Positions 13,830 to 26,854 of a stretch of DNA of 64,000 nucleotides are shown one piece after another. The DNA is from Amphiscolops sp. MND2022. Its lineage: Eukaryota. The stretch covers positions 9,486,001 through 9,550,000 of the forward strand of contig OZ076419.1 of the NCBI GenBank assembly GCA_964187785.1, read 5' to 3'. Under the pieces are notes generated by a model. It had not been told where the DNA came from and ran no database searches. It worked only from the letters and a program-made list of their open reading frames with translations. The position numbers and the translations under genes are program-made. The number at the start of each line of letters is the position of its first letter. Within the stretch, counting starts at the first letter, position 1.

Positions 13830-14180
13830 GGTTGAAAAGTCACAACTGCAAGGAACTCCATAAAAGAAACCAAACAAGAAGCAGCTCGAGAGCAAGTAAC
13901 AGAAACAGAACTACAAGTAGACCAGGAAGAGGCCGTGGCAACCAAGGAGAACTCCACCACAGACCTCCAACGCCTGGAAAGTCACCCGCAAATCAAAATA
14001 ATTCCCTTTTCCGAGAGAAGGTTTCAGAAACTGATCAAGAGGTGTGGTTTTACAAAGATTGCTGCCAAATATACGGTCAGAAAGGTCACTGGATGAGAGT
14101 CTGCAGAAACTCATACAACTGTGGAAGCTCTCCGCGTTATCAAAAAGTGTGCCCCATACAAGTTTTAGAAGAGTCAAGTG
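13830..14180 (+). pseudogene. gag: gag fragment with two degenerate CCHC zinc knuckles
   Basis: Within ORF 13652-14257: CQIYGQKGHWMRVC and YNCGSSPRYQKVCP. Confidence 0.5.
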
Positions 14181-14559
14181 GTAAATTGAGAGAGAAAGTT
14201 AATGGAATACGGGGGTGTGTACGAAAAATAATTTGGACTGGGAAGAGTTTAAGTTGATAAAGAGGAGTATTTTTGTGAACCTAAGGATTTTGTGAGTTTG
14301 AAATGACCATTTAGTAGGAAGGTTTTGTAAAAATAAACGGAGGTGAAATCCAATAATACAGTTTTGGACTTCGAATAAACAATTTGACAAAAAAACGGTA
14401 TGTAGTCTGTGGAGAGTGGGTAATATTTAAGAGAGCGTAAAGATGGGACATATCTCGATTAAAATACTCAATACCTCAATCAGTGACGTGATTTTGAGGT
14501 GGGCCAATCTTTGTAATCCAGTGGTTGAGTAAATGGCGTTTGAAAAGCATATTTAGAGG

Positions 14560-17500
14560 TGATGTGAGGAGCAGGGTTAGTGACAACAAAATGACTAAAA
14601 GCATCAATGTAGACAAAAGTTCAAGAGCTTCCCCGTGACGAAGGAGAAATAAGTACTTTAGTGTCCATTTAGATTCAATAGTTAAATTGATTTGCATGTT
14701 CATAAAATGGAAAGGGTGGAGAAATATTGGAAGGTTTGAAAGGAAAATGTTTGTTCGTTTGACATTCAAAAGAAACATGAATGAAAAAAGAGAACCATAG
14801 AGGTAAATGAGTAATATAATAAAATTGTTAAAAGTTTTATCGAACAGTTTTTCACCGTAGTGACCATGTGAATGGGTTTTATTGAATGCAGCATACAAAA
14901 GATCAAATGGTATATAAATGCAAATTTGGTAAATAGAGGTTTGAGTTTTTTTGAAAACTTCTTCAAATATTCTGGAGTGGGGTGTATATTATTGAATAAG
15001 ATGTGGGTTTAGGTCAATATATAAATATTGAACTCGCTTGTAATATGAATAGCGAAATAAAATACCTTCAATATTTGGAGTCACAGTGTAAGGTTATTGT
15101 TCTTGTTTTAACTATGTATAAACAGTGGAGATCATCTTTTTGAGCCTGAAGAAGAAGGGGTATTGTTAAAAATGTTTTAAATGGGAGGACAAAGTTTTCA
15201 GAAGTTTTACAATGGGCGAAAAAAAGACAGGTTGAAAAATGGCAACGATTGAGTAGAATTAGGTTTAATAGGAGTTTGTGTTATGGCATTAGCATGAGGA
15301 GATTCATCAATGTTTGGATATAAACTTTTTGTTATATTGGTCATTATATCTTGAGAAAGGTGGGGTCATTAAAATATTGGTTTTGAATTTCAGAAAATAG
15401 GGTATGGATATTATGAGATGGTTAAGGTGACTGTGAGTTTTGTTGAGGAATCCTTTTAGTAACAGGGTCATTAGCTTCATACAAATCAGTTTCGTGTAAA
15501 AGAGAGTAAAAAAGAATCTAGAGGAGTGTATGCAACAGTAATACCTTTGTCTTGAATACGAAGCGTAAATTGATCATCACCATAACCAACTAAAATTGAG
15601 TTGAATCATCTTTTGTGTGCGTAGTACATCTTCTATTTGTTTAGATAGTGGATTTGTTTTAACAACTTATTGAGTTTGAGTTGCATAAATTCGATGTATG
15701 AAGGGAGTGTTTCGTGCTGTATTTGACACATTTTGTTTGTAATTTGTGAAATGTCTCGACAAAGCATGTCAGCAACAGTTACATTAGTACCGGCAGTTTG
15801 AATAATCTGTAGATTTGAGAATTTTGTTATTAACCTTTGAGCTTTGTAATGTCTTGGTGTGATGCTTCATTGCGGGTATAGAGGAAAAGAATAAGATTAT
15901 GATCTGTGAAATCAGTGATTGGGAATTTAGAGCCAATAATACCAAATCCATATTGGGAGAGGGCGAAAGTTACAGCACAGTTCTCGATCATAAGTTAAAA
16001 GTTTTTGTTCTTGGGTTGTTAAAGTACGGTAGTTATGAGAAATAACTTGCATTTATAGGAGGTGTCTTCGGGTGGTTTGAATATATATGGGTTAACAATG
16101 GTGTGAGTAGGGTTTCGAATAATATGTTAAAAACTCTGAGGAATAAAAAATTCTTGAAGGAGAGTTTTCATAACAAGAATTATATCGAGACTCTCGAGAG
16201 AATTTTCGATAAGAGTTATTATTACTCCGAATACGATAACGAGAAGTTTGGTTACTTCATTTAATGGAGGGTGTTTTAATACGTTGATAAAAGGAAGGAG
16301 TAGGTGAGTTTGATTGTGGTTTAGATTGTTTTGGCATATTGGGGCAGCAATAACAAGTAGAAACAGTGATTGTTTCATGGCAAAAAGAGCAATTTTTGAA
16401 ATTGAGGTTTAGATTTAATATTAGAATCTACGGCCTGTAATTGTGGAGATTCTGGGGAGTTTTCTTTAACAGTGGCTTTCTGGTTAAAATTATCGGAGAG
16501 AGTGATATTCTCAAGAGAAAGTTCTTGCGTTTCAAGTTTTTCTTTGCGTTATATCTCCAGAGTCAACCATGAGTGAGACGGAATAGAGGGTTCAAGTGAG
16601 CTTGAATTATGTTTGACTTGACGTTTGTTAGCGAAATCTTTTAACTTTTTGGGAGACCACGAGTAAAAAATTCATTACATTTGGGGTTTATTGTGGATGG
16701 ATTTTCATTATACCAACCTTGTCTAACAAGAGTTTCAACTTATAGGGCTTAATGTCTAACATTTTCATTATCCTTTTTGACAAAAGGGATTGTTTCAAGT
16801 TGAACATGGTATGCATGTTTTTGAGAGTCGAATTGTTTCATGAAAGTTTGGAGAAAGGAAGGCCAATCATTTTTATAAACTTGAGGGAGACAATCATACC
16901 AAATGGAGGCAGTTCCTGTTAGGGAACAAAAAAGAAGAGACATACGTCTGGAGTGTCAAGTTAATTATGATGGTATATCGAGGGTTGGAGGTCCAAGTTG
17001 AAAACTTACACGTGCACTGAGTTGAGCTAAAAACGTTTCAGGAGGGTGTGTGTGTTCCAAGCCATCAAAAAGTTTTTTGGGGTCAGAGAGAGCAGCGAAA
17101 GGAACAAAGACAGTCATTGGAAAAACGGGCGGAGGAGAGTAAGAAGGTGGGTTAAAAGGATAGGTGACTTAGATGGTGGGAAAGGGTTAGAAGGATGTTG
17201 AAAAGAGGAGAGATAATAATGAAAACCGGGATGGAGGGATGCGTATGGGTCATAAGATGTGGAGGAAGGATGCATAGAATATGGAAGTGTTGAGGAAGGA
17301 TTTTGAAATATAGGAAAAGAGGATGTACGATTAGCATTTGCAGGACGAGTTGTTGGTAAATATGTTTGAGTTGAATGAGCTTGAGGTTGGGTAGTAATTA
17401 CATTAGGAAAAGAAGTAGGTCTTGGAGGACGCGTTTGGAATTTGCGAAACAGAGGGTTGACTAATAAAAGTATTTGGTGGTGGAGGAGAGTTAGAAGGAG

Positions 17501-19100
17501 TATGATTTTGGTGTGATGAGTGAGAAGACGAAGGTGAGCAGTGATGGGATTATTTAAAGAAAGCGGAGATGGAGGATCAAGATTTAGAGGAGGATTACCA
17601 ATATTGTGAGTATTCACTAGAACATTAGAAGCAGAAGGGAAGGTTTGAAAAGAAACATCAGAAGTTGTGTCAAAAGGAGGAATTTGAGGAATACGCGTGG
17701 CGTATGGTGGCTAAGGAGAAGGAAGTTCAAGACTTTTATCTATACTATGATTATCAGAGGTGAGGTAGTTAAAATGAGATACAGGAAAATCACTGAGGAT
17801 TTAGAAAAAAGGATGACAATTGTCCGAGGTAGCAAGAAAGGTAGGAGTTGATAACTGAAATTGATATTGAAAGTGGTGAATTTCGATAAAATCGGAGAAT
17901 ATAATGAACCAATGATGGGGGTTTGTTTTCGATAGTGCGCAGTTGTTCAATATTGGGAAAATCAAAGATATTGGGAATGTGAGAGATTTTTTTCCGCGAG
18001 GTTTTTAAGACAAGTGGTGGATACATGAGCAATAGAAATGTAAAGATTGATGTGGTAGATTTCTTTACGTAAGGTTTTTTTGGAGTCAAGAAAAAAAGAG
18101 GAACTGTTTCAAATGAAAGAGGAACTGTAGATTTATAGATACAATTTTTAAGAAAGTTGGCTAAAATTTGAGTGGTTTCGCAAGAAAGGCGAGAATGGAA
18201 ATCATTATTGGAAAAGGGAAGTGGAGTTAAAGGAGCAGGTTGGTCATCCATAATGGATGACGATGAGGGTAGTAAATCAGCCAAATACGATCGAAAATGA
18301 TGTAAGGGTGAACAGAAGGTTCAGTGGGGAGTGGATGAAAATACCGATGGATATTGAGAAATGTATATTGAGAGTGGAAATGGAGGAGAGGATGAAAGGG
18401 TGTTTTTGAGAGGAGGATGAAAAATGTGATTATTAGGAGTTGCGAAAGAGCGATGAAATGGTTGGTTTGAGTTTAAGAGAAAGAGGAACATAAATATATA
18501 TAAGGTGAGAGAGAGAAGGGGATTACAGTTGCAAGATTTTCGGTGAGAAACGTTGGTTATGAGGTGAAAAAGATTTACCGGGGAATGAAGTAAAAAAAAT
18601 AGTCGACAACGAGAACGACGATCGCTGAATGAAAACTGAATCAATTAGAGAAGGCAATAAAATTATACAAAAAAGATCATAAAAGGAGTTGTACAGTTGT
18701 ACCAACAGAAGTATAGAACCAAAACGAGTATTTTCGTTAGTACAGAAAAGGGTGTACCGACAAAATGTCGAATCAAAGAAGGTAACTAGTTGAATTGTGC
18801 CGACGGGAGTCGAACCAAATTGATTAATACAGAAAGATTAAGTGTACCAGCACGAAGCTGAATCACTGTTTTGTGATTAGTACAGAAGAGATGAATCTAC
18901 CGACTACGAGATCAAATCACGTTTGAAGAATGGTTAGTACAGAACAAATTTTACTTTGTACCGACACTCGGTCGAATCACATTTTGGTGATTAGTACAGA
19001 AAGACTTGTGTACTGATATTGGAAAATTCGAACCGAAAGATGGTTTCTAAAGAAAGTTGTAGAAAAGGGAGGAAAAGAAGGGAGATAAACTGGTACCACC
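14560..19100 (-). mobile_element. Internally deleted Gypsy element, copy B, extending through the gag 5' region and UTR
   Basis: 14600-17130 is colinear with 11300-13760 (SLLFCSLTGTASIWYDCLPQV at 16749-16943). It continues through P/S-rich gag N-terminal remnants to 18300. A PBS-like TGGTGGTACCAG lies on the minus strand at ~19089-19100. Confidence 0.65.
18690..19020. repeat. Degenerate ~55-60-bp tandem array in the putative Gypsy 5' UTR
   Basis: Recurring motifs ttagtacagaa, tgtaccgac and tcgaatca, about 5-6 units. Confidence 0.7.
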
Positions 19101-19289
19101 AATTGAAGTACTTGTTTTTTGTTTAGAAGTTGTTACGGGATTTCAGAATATTCAAGAATCGAGATGCGAAGTACTTTAAGAAGACGCTAACAGAGCCCGC
19201 AGATCTTAGGTCTTTAAAAAAGATGACACCCTGATGATGAAGAATTTTTTTGAGCTGTGAACAGTTATAAATCAGAAAAATAGTTTACT

Positions 19290-19720
19290 GTATAAGGTGT
19301 GGTTTTGAATATAAATTAAAAAGATAACTCTAGATTTGTAGACGTTTCCATAAATCGTTTTGTGGTCAAAAAGAAAAATATTCAAAACTATATTCTTGAC
19401 TGATTTCAATCAAAATTTTAACAGCCGTATGTTTTCAGAACATTCAAATAATATAAATGAAGCATCAAAAAAATTATTATAATATTTGCCAAAAAGTGTA
19501 AACAACAATAACAAAAGTAGCAAGGCCTTTTTCAATGTGATTTCAACTAACTCAGAGAAATCATTAGATCTTGTTTCCAAAATATCAAAGATTCGAAGTG
19601 ACCGGGATTCGAACCACTGATCTCCTGTTTACGCGATTTAAGCATTAACCATTATGCTACCGAGCTGTTGGAATAACAATTTTGTTTTTACTTTTCTTTC
19701 AAACGTTTATTTTCAACAAA
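19290..19720 (-). mobile_element. tRNA-derived SINE-like repeat, copy 1 (tRNA-like head 19598-19665)
   Basis: Minus strand has A-box TAGCATAATGG and B-box GGTTCGAATCC. About 400 bp is homologous to 31780-32175. Confidence 0.65.
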
Positions 19721-19869
19721 ACTTTTTTTCTTATTTTCATTTGTTACACGTGTTACAAGAAATATAACTATGTACGGTGAAATCAAACAAAAATGAAAAT
19801 TATATAGAATGTAGTTTCTTTGGGAATGGGGAAAACGGGAGCGAGCTTGACAACTGAGAGATCAATGTT

Positions 19870-22800
19870 TCCGTTCCAGCTATTGACTTCACTTTAACGG
19901 GCGATGGCATCGGTGCCATAGTTTAGCTTCACTACGCGACCACGTGGATAGTGTCCTGTGGGTGCAGAGGGTTCTACTAACCAGACAAGATTTTCAATTT
20001 CTAGATCTCGGTTAGACGACTTGGACCATTTTGAGCGTCGGTTGACGTTTGGAACGTACTCCTTGAGCCAACAATTCCAAATTGCGTCTGAATACGCTTG
20101 AGCAAGAACGTATTGCTTTCGATTGTCTATTTCAGGGCAAAGTGCGACGGCAATGTGGAACTAGCAGTTCCCAGAAGAAAGTGATTTGGGGTAAGAGCGT
20201 CAAGGTTGGTAGCGTCAAGGCTTACAGGAGTGATTGGCCGAGCATTGAGACATTGTTCCACCAAGCAGAACGTTGTCGTCAAACTTTCATCTGTCAAACG
20301 GCGGTTTCCTAAAATGGCATAGAAACTGTGCTTGAAGCTACGAACTAGGCGTTCCCAAACATCTCTGTGATGGAGAGCACTTGGAGGGGTAAACTGCCAC
20401 TTAATCCCTTTCTTGACGAGTGCATTTCAGTAATTCGTTAGTTCCAACTGTTGATGTTGGACAAAAGATCTTTCTGGCTAGCAACGAAGTTCTTCTGTTG
20501 TCGGACCAGATTAGCGATGGATTCCACGACGGGCGCAAAATCTTTCTATTCCCATCACACAGCTGCATAGTGGGAACAGAGTCAAAGTTGACAGCACGAG
20601 TCGTTAGGCAAGAGAAAAGAAAACACCTGAGTTTTTCACTGGACGGGCTCACGGTTACAAAAAAGGGTCAAAAAGAGTCTAGACCAGTGTTTGAGAAAGA
20701 GCCTTCTTTGAAAGCAAGTCTTTCTCGCGGGAGGTTCGCCATCACTGACGTAACATTTTCAGTCCTTTGCGCCATCTGACACACTTGAAACTGTTGCTCA
20801 AAGTTGCTCGCAGTTTGACCAGTGCAAGACGTTGCTGTATGAAAGCGCGGACGTAGTCAACACCTTAATGACAGTGTTGAACGTGCGTGTGTTCCAACTG
20901 GAGTCGCACCAAGGGGTGTCGGGCGTCCAAAAGAATGAGGTGTTTCACGTCGAAGGTTGCAACATCAAGGCTTTTTGTTCGACCGTTGGGTCCTATGAAG
21001 GGAGAAAATGGGCAAGTTTGGAAATTTGGGCGTTTTTACTGAGCGGTATTGACTTCAGCAATTTACTTTTTTCAATTTGGAAGCATTGTGTTTGGGTCAG
21101 ATAGAAAAGACGTAGTTCGGCATTGTGAAGTTTGGCCGGGTCCACAATGGCACCAGTGTTGGTCCTGCATTCGCTGTTCTTCGTCAAGAGCCGCAAAACA
21201 GTTCTTCGTATCATCAATACTTCTGCCAGTCGACAGTCTTTACAATTGCAACTTGGGTTTCGGACAGCGTTGACAAAGATTTTGTAACTAATTCGTCCGT
21301 TGGATCCAGTTTAACTTCGTTCAGTTTCTGTCGGAAGCCTTCGGATGGCTTGAAGTGCCATTGATCTGTTTACAGGAATCCAGGGCATTTAACCAGCTAC
21401 TTTGCGTAGGAGGCTTGGCAGATAAACCTCTTTTTCCTGCAACAGCAGGATTGTTTGCGGATTGAACATGGTACCACTCATCTGAAGTTGTCAGTGCAAG
21501 AATCTCTGCGACACCAGCTGTTTGCAACGAACACCAGGGGTTTTTCAAGAGAATGTAGCCTTTGAAGGACCGTAATCCTGACATTCCCCATAAACGTTTT
21601 CTCAATCTGTGGAGTGAGCGCGTGTTGCACTTCGTTTCTGAATCTTGCCGCGAGTACCGCGACCTGTGGTTCGAGTTTCGGGGCGGTCAGTGCTTTCATT
21701 GGTGCAACTCGTGCTTTACCAAACACAAAGGCTTTTTCGGTAGAACAGCTAATTCCAGTGTTGATTTTCGGTATAACTCCCACCTGTAAGAACATTCCTT
21801 TAATGTTGGTGGACGCGGCCATGAGAATTGACGGAATCTGAGGAGGATATGGGTCAAATTAATAGTAGATCCGGACCGGTTAGAAGAGCGTTGTTCAAAG
21901 AGTGCCCATGCAATTTTGCATCGTCATTGAGAACTCTTCTCACTTTGCCGAGTTCGTGCGGGTGTATCACGGGGTGATTTGGTAATGTACCACTCATGAC
22001 GGTTATCGGTTCGGAAGCAATCAGACTTATTGACTCGAACGATGTACCATGTTTCGAAATCCTCTCTGATTGTCTTGCTGTAACTCTTTCAGTTGAGGAT
22101 CTTTTCCAAGGCGGCATTCCAACGGCCTAAATTGTACAAGAGCCAAGAAGTAGTTGTTCGGCAGCGTACTTTCTTCATCGGCACACAACATTCCAACTTG
22201 GTAACGGCAGTCATCGTTAAATATCGTGTCTTCGAGATTTTTCATCACTCGCGCATCAGCTGCGGAGCGGGGTCAACTTGTTTGTAGGTACCATATGACC
22301 CCATGTCATACCAGCTGCGACGTTGTTTGGCTAGAATAGAGCTGTTCTCTGAACTAGTGACAGCTTTGAAACAAGTCGAGAAAAGACCCGTAGTGGAAAG
22401 AAGCGAATCACTCAGTACCAGACCCAACAGTGACAGCCATTGGAGTATTCGGACGGTCGGTTTCGAAGTTCTCCAATGGGCGGAAACAGTTGAAGATATC
22501 CTGACCAAGGATCATCTGAACGTTTCAACAGCTGTAGGGGGATCGGTTCTAAATGCGGTTAAGCTGTTTTCAATTTTTCACTGTCGATAATGTCGTTTCA
22601 ATTTTTCAAATCATTTCGAACGTAAGGAGTGAGAGGAAAAGATGAACAGAGCCCGCCAAAATAACGGTTGTCAACTTAAGCTCAACTGTTTCCGTGTCGA
22701 TCTGATGTTGAGAGTTTAATCCGCGTACGGTTAATTTGGTTGCTGAGCCCATCACTTGTTGTTTTTCGGTCAATCGAGATCCATGAATGACTACAAGCTG

Positions 22801-25270
22801 AACCACATAAAGCAAGAACTTTTACGGATCTAGGCGGCGATGTCAATTCGACTTCTGTTATTTGCAACAAGCCTTTGACGTCGGTTACGAAAAGCATGCC
22901 GGAACTTTCGTTGCCAGTTTGTCTCTGACTGACCTTTATTGTTTCAATTTGAGAATTATTCGCGTCGCCGGGGTTTTTCTGTCAGACCCGTGAAATAAAG
23001 TTTTCATGAGACTTGCTACAGCAGTCTTTGGTGCATTTTTTGGTTGCGCGCATTGGCGGAATGAACGTCTTTCGTTTGACAAGAAAAACACAGTTTGCTC
23101 TCAGCAGCTAGTTTGGTTTTCTCTGTCGGAGTTTTTGGCGAAATACTGTATAACGCCAGAGCGGGTGGCTGGCTTTTCATGCTACGCATTGTTTCTCACT
23201 TCTACGCTTGGTAGCAGCGTTGGCTTGGTTCTGGTGGTCGCTGCAAAAACTTTGGTTCCTGTTTTTGTCTTGGTTACGATAGTGACAGGAACTTCTTCTG
23301 ATCTACCTTGCCAAACGTGCCAACTATCCGCCAGTTAAAATGCACAGTCTCATTAGCTATTCTGCCACAGTTTTCTCACTTTTTGGCGTTTTTCGATCCT
23401 TGAACTACCTGCAGGATTAGTCGAGTGCTTCCCTCCTGGGGCAATCAGTGCAGAAACTTCCGCCAAATTTGAAGGAAGCGTGGTCGACGAACACTGTCAA
23501 ACGGAATCTGGATCGACCGATATTGATTCACTTCAACGATTGGCTGAAGGAGAAAACAGAGGCGCACGAAAGAATGAAGGCAGCCTCCGCTAAGGCAAGG
23601 AGGCACTAACAACTGTCTGAGGTTGCCCAAATTTTCGTTCCAACGTTTTCAACGCACTTTGTACATGGTACCGCAATAAGCAAACTCGGCGATAGCAATC
23701 TTCGCATTACCGGACACCAGTGTCTTCAGGTAGGCCAGCTTCACGTCATCAGTAAGGGGGGCTGAATCGATGGCACTCTTGAACTGGCCGAACCACTCGT
23801 GACATTGAAGTGGATCTCCACTGTATTGGGCCAGTTTCCATTCCGTGAGGTGGTCCCTCTTCGATGACGCAAACAGTGAAGCACCTGAAGAGTGAAACTG
23901 TTACTGGTTGCGGTGCAGCGATGACTGGAGGTGGTGTAAATGACGTTGTTGTTGAAGGAATGGCTGGGAAGGTAGTTGATACTGGCGCACAGCTCGGTTT
24001 GGGAACTGTTGCAAGAGACGTCGAGTTAATATAGTAGACGGTTCCTCCAGCGGTGACTGCAATAATGGGCGAAGCTGTTGGGGCGATGCTAGTAGTCGGC
24101 AAACTGTCGGAAACACGGTGTGGTTCGTAGTCACAAGAGCTGCGCTCACAGGCGGGTTACTTGTTCCTGTTGTCAACGTCGAAGCTGATACGTTGGGAAG
24201 AAGATGACTTGCGGGAACGGTGACTGTCGAAATCGGAAGTGACGTGGCGGTCGCTAAAGGAGCCGATGCTTTAGCAGTTCAGTTACAGATAGAGCATTTG
24301 TCCCCTGAGGCGTCGTGGTCGATTGGTGAACTTGGACGTAGCCAGTGTTTGGTAGGTAAAATATTGAACATTGTTCCGTAACTAAAGGCATGTTGTTAGT
24401 CGATTTTGCGGTTCGAGGGGCTACAGAAGTCACTACTGGGAAGCTAGGTGTTGGTGTTGTTGTAGGAGCTCCTCTGTTTAATGAATTTTGTGCTACAGTA
24501 GTGATGGTAACGGCTTTCGGGTGCAAAATGCCAGCGTTCGTGTGATCACTTGCAGTACCTACGGGTGAATTGTTAACCCACTTGATGACATGGACCGTAT
24601 CGACAGCTTTAGTCGAAGCGGCTAGTTGCGACACAGAGTCTAGAAACTCCAATTGAGAGTCCAACAAGTCCTCAGTCAGTTCAAGCTCAGTGAGTGTAGC
24701 TTCAGCTAGTTTCTTCCAATTTTCCTCTTCCAACTGTTCTACTCGGAGTGCTTGCTCCTCTTTGAGTAGGTCGGTCCTCAGTCTGAGTAATTCTTATTCT
24801 TCTTGTAGAAGTTCAGGTTCCAGTTCCTGCTGTTGCTTTGCAATTCTGAGGGCGGCTTCGTTTTGCCTTCCCATCGCCTCCTTCCGTTGCTTAGCAATTA
24901 GAATGTCTCTTTGTCGCTGACTGGATGTTCTTGATTGTCTGGATGTCCTTGAAGCTGACGTTCTGCTTAAGTGCTTGCTCTTGGCGACATTCGTTGACGA
25001 TTGAGATGCTCCATCGACGAGCGGACCTGTTTTGCCAGCCAGTTTTAAAAGTTGTTCAGGTTTGGCAAACATTTTCGTCATTGCTTCATCGCAGGAAGTA
25101 ACAAATCTTTCAACTGGGACACGTCTATTTTTCTTCTCCACGGCATCTCGAACCTTTTCTTGCAATCTCTCTAACTCGGTCTCAGCTTTGGCACGACTTT
25201 CGAAAAGTTTTCCAACTTTGTCATGCCTGGTAATGGGCATTTTTGTCGTGATCTTTTGTTAGAAAGTGAA
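19870..25270 (-). mobile_element. BEL/Pao LTR retrotransposon, internally deleted and decayed
   Basis: Coiled-coil N-terminus (24794-25240); DUF1759-type gag (DPIQW...IDSAPLTDDVKLAYLKTLVSGNAK, ~23700-23850); RT start HPVIHPHELGKVRRVLN..SLNNALLTGPDLL (21854-22117); Pao RNase H FVFGKARVAPMKALTAPKLE (21478-21822); integrase remnants ending VWLVEPSAPTGHYPRGRV (~19930-19990). The RT core is deleted and no LTRs were recognised. Confidence 0.85.
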
Positions 25271-25635
25271 TCAAAGTAGGGCGAAAAGGGTTAACCAAAA
25301 GACATAGAGGAATGATCTCTTCGACAGCGTCAACCGATTAATTAGGCTCAGACACAGCTGAACGAAGGCGATTTCGGGTTGAGTGTAAGGATGTGGAGCT
25401 GATGGAAGCTGTATCTCACGATAACAACAACGGTAGAGAATTTTTACGATTTTTTGTTTTTTAAAAATAAATACAAGACACGGGGGGAAGTTACCTGGGA
25501 CGCGACGGCGATTCAAAAACACGCTCTTCCCGAAAAGATGACGTTCGTCCAATACTTAATGCCTAAAAGGCGGAAGAAGGCCGAAAGAACTTCAACCAGA
25601 CAATAAAGTCCGGACAACATCCAAAGGGCAAGAAG

Positions 25636-25732
25636 AAGGAGGGGGAGTAGACTTCTGCGTATCAACCGGACTCTCAAGTCCGGCCCGGACTTGAGAGTCC
25701 GGTTGATACGCAGAAGTCTACTCCCCCTCCTT
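25636..25732. repeat. Perfect palindrome, 48-bp arms with a 1-nt centre
   Basis: aaggagggggagtagacttctgcgtatcaaccggactctcaagtccgg (25636-25683), then c, then the exact reverse complement (25685-25732). Confidence 0.95.
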
Positions 25733-25903
25733 AACTGTACGGTAGCTACTGTGCCCCGACTTCTTTGTCTGGTTGAAACTCCTACAGTATTTTATCCGTC
25801 TTTTTGAGTTGTGTCCGGGACACAACTCAAAAAGACGGATAAAATACTGTAGGAGTTTCAACCAGACAAAGAAGTCGGGGCACAGTAGCTACCGTACAGT
25901 TAA
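25731..25903. repeat. Perfect palindrome, 86-bp arms with a 1-nt centre, TTAA at both ends
   Basis: ttaactgtacggtagc...gagttgtgtcc (25731-25816), then g, then the exact reverse complement (25818-25903). Confidence 0.95.
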
Positions 25904-26526
25904 GACGGAAAAAAGGGATCTAGGACGAAGCAGCGATGGAGACTCTGCTCTTAATAGCCTTTCGGGCGCACTTACTAGGCCACTTGGGGCGGCTTTTGTG
26001 GGTGATAGCGTCAAGCTCGATCTCTTTTCTCTGAAGGAAGTCAACGTGTTTGATTTCAATCGCGTGGCTCTAGTGTAACGCCTTGAGTGTCTTGAGATAC
26101 TCAGGATCTTTCTTCTTTCTCGGCGAAATGAGCACTTTATTGTGCGTGGCATTTTTTCTATTTCCTCAAAAGTTTGATAAATATTAGGTTTACAGAATCG
26201 GTGGCAGTACACTAGAGCTCAGAGTTTGTTTTCAATTGATGTCAAAATTTCTAATGATTGTGGGACTGGTAAAGCTCGATTTATGTTGCTCTCGTGTTTA
26301 GAAATGCTATTATCATATCATGCCAAATAACAATGTCGGTTTTCTCGGAAAGATCTTTTGAGAGCAAGTTGTGTCCATTTTGTTTCGGGTTTTTTGTGTT
26401 TACATTAAACTTCAGGCCCGGTTTAGAGAAAACTTTGCCTTGATACTTCTCGCGGTTTTCAGGTGTTAAAGTTTCGAGAGCAGGATCAACGGAATAACAT
26501 GGGTGTTTCCCACAAAAGTCGCACAA
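25889..26526 (-). pseudogene. Broken ORF, possibly SGNH/GDSL-hydrolase-like, TE-associated
   Basis: ORFs 26281-26526 (YQGKVFSKPGLKFN...DIVIWHDMI) and 25889-26212 (YCHRFCKPNIYQTF) look like two parts of one gene. The family assignment rests on weak motif resemblance only. Confidence 0.3.
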
Positions 26527-26654
26527 AAAACAAATAGTTACACTCAGTAGGAATGTTTCTACACTCGAATTTCTTTTGATTACTGATAAGATAATGGGTT
26601 ATATCAACTAGTTTTCAAAGGCCTTGCTATAAAGGAGCACAACGTAACCAGATT

Positions 26655-26854
26655 TGTAACTTCGTGGGCTCTTCCGGGGCTCCGGTGGCGGGATTGTTGG
26701 CGTGTCACCGTGTGAGGGTCACAGGTCAACTCTCCTAAGGGTTTCGGTTTGTATTTTGTATAGCGCTACCCCTCTGTGAGTGAATTTGTGTGATAGTGCG
26801 TGCCCTCTCATCGAGTCCTCCGAGGCATGCGACCATAAAAAGTAATGTCTTACA
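26655..26854. repeat. Possible short solo-LTR-like segment
   Basis: GC-richer 200-bp block with termini TGTAA...TTACA; no target-site duplication found. Confidence 0.25.

Noticed and set aside
19598-19665. Functional tRNA gene (also 32074-32141)
   Set aside because: The D-arm and A/B boxes are present, but acceptor and anticodon stems do not pair and the two copies differ in the anticodon region.
26655-26854. Confident solo LTR
   Set aside because: The termini fit but there is no TSD (agatt versus tcacc) and no second copy in the window; kept only as a low-confidence feature.
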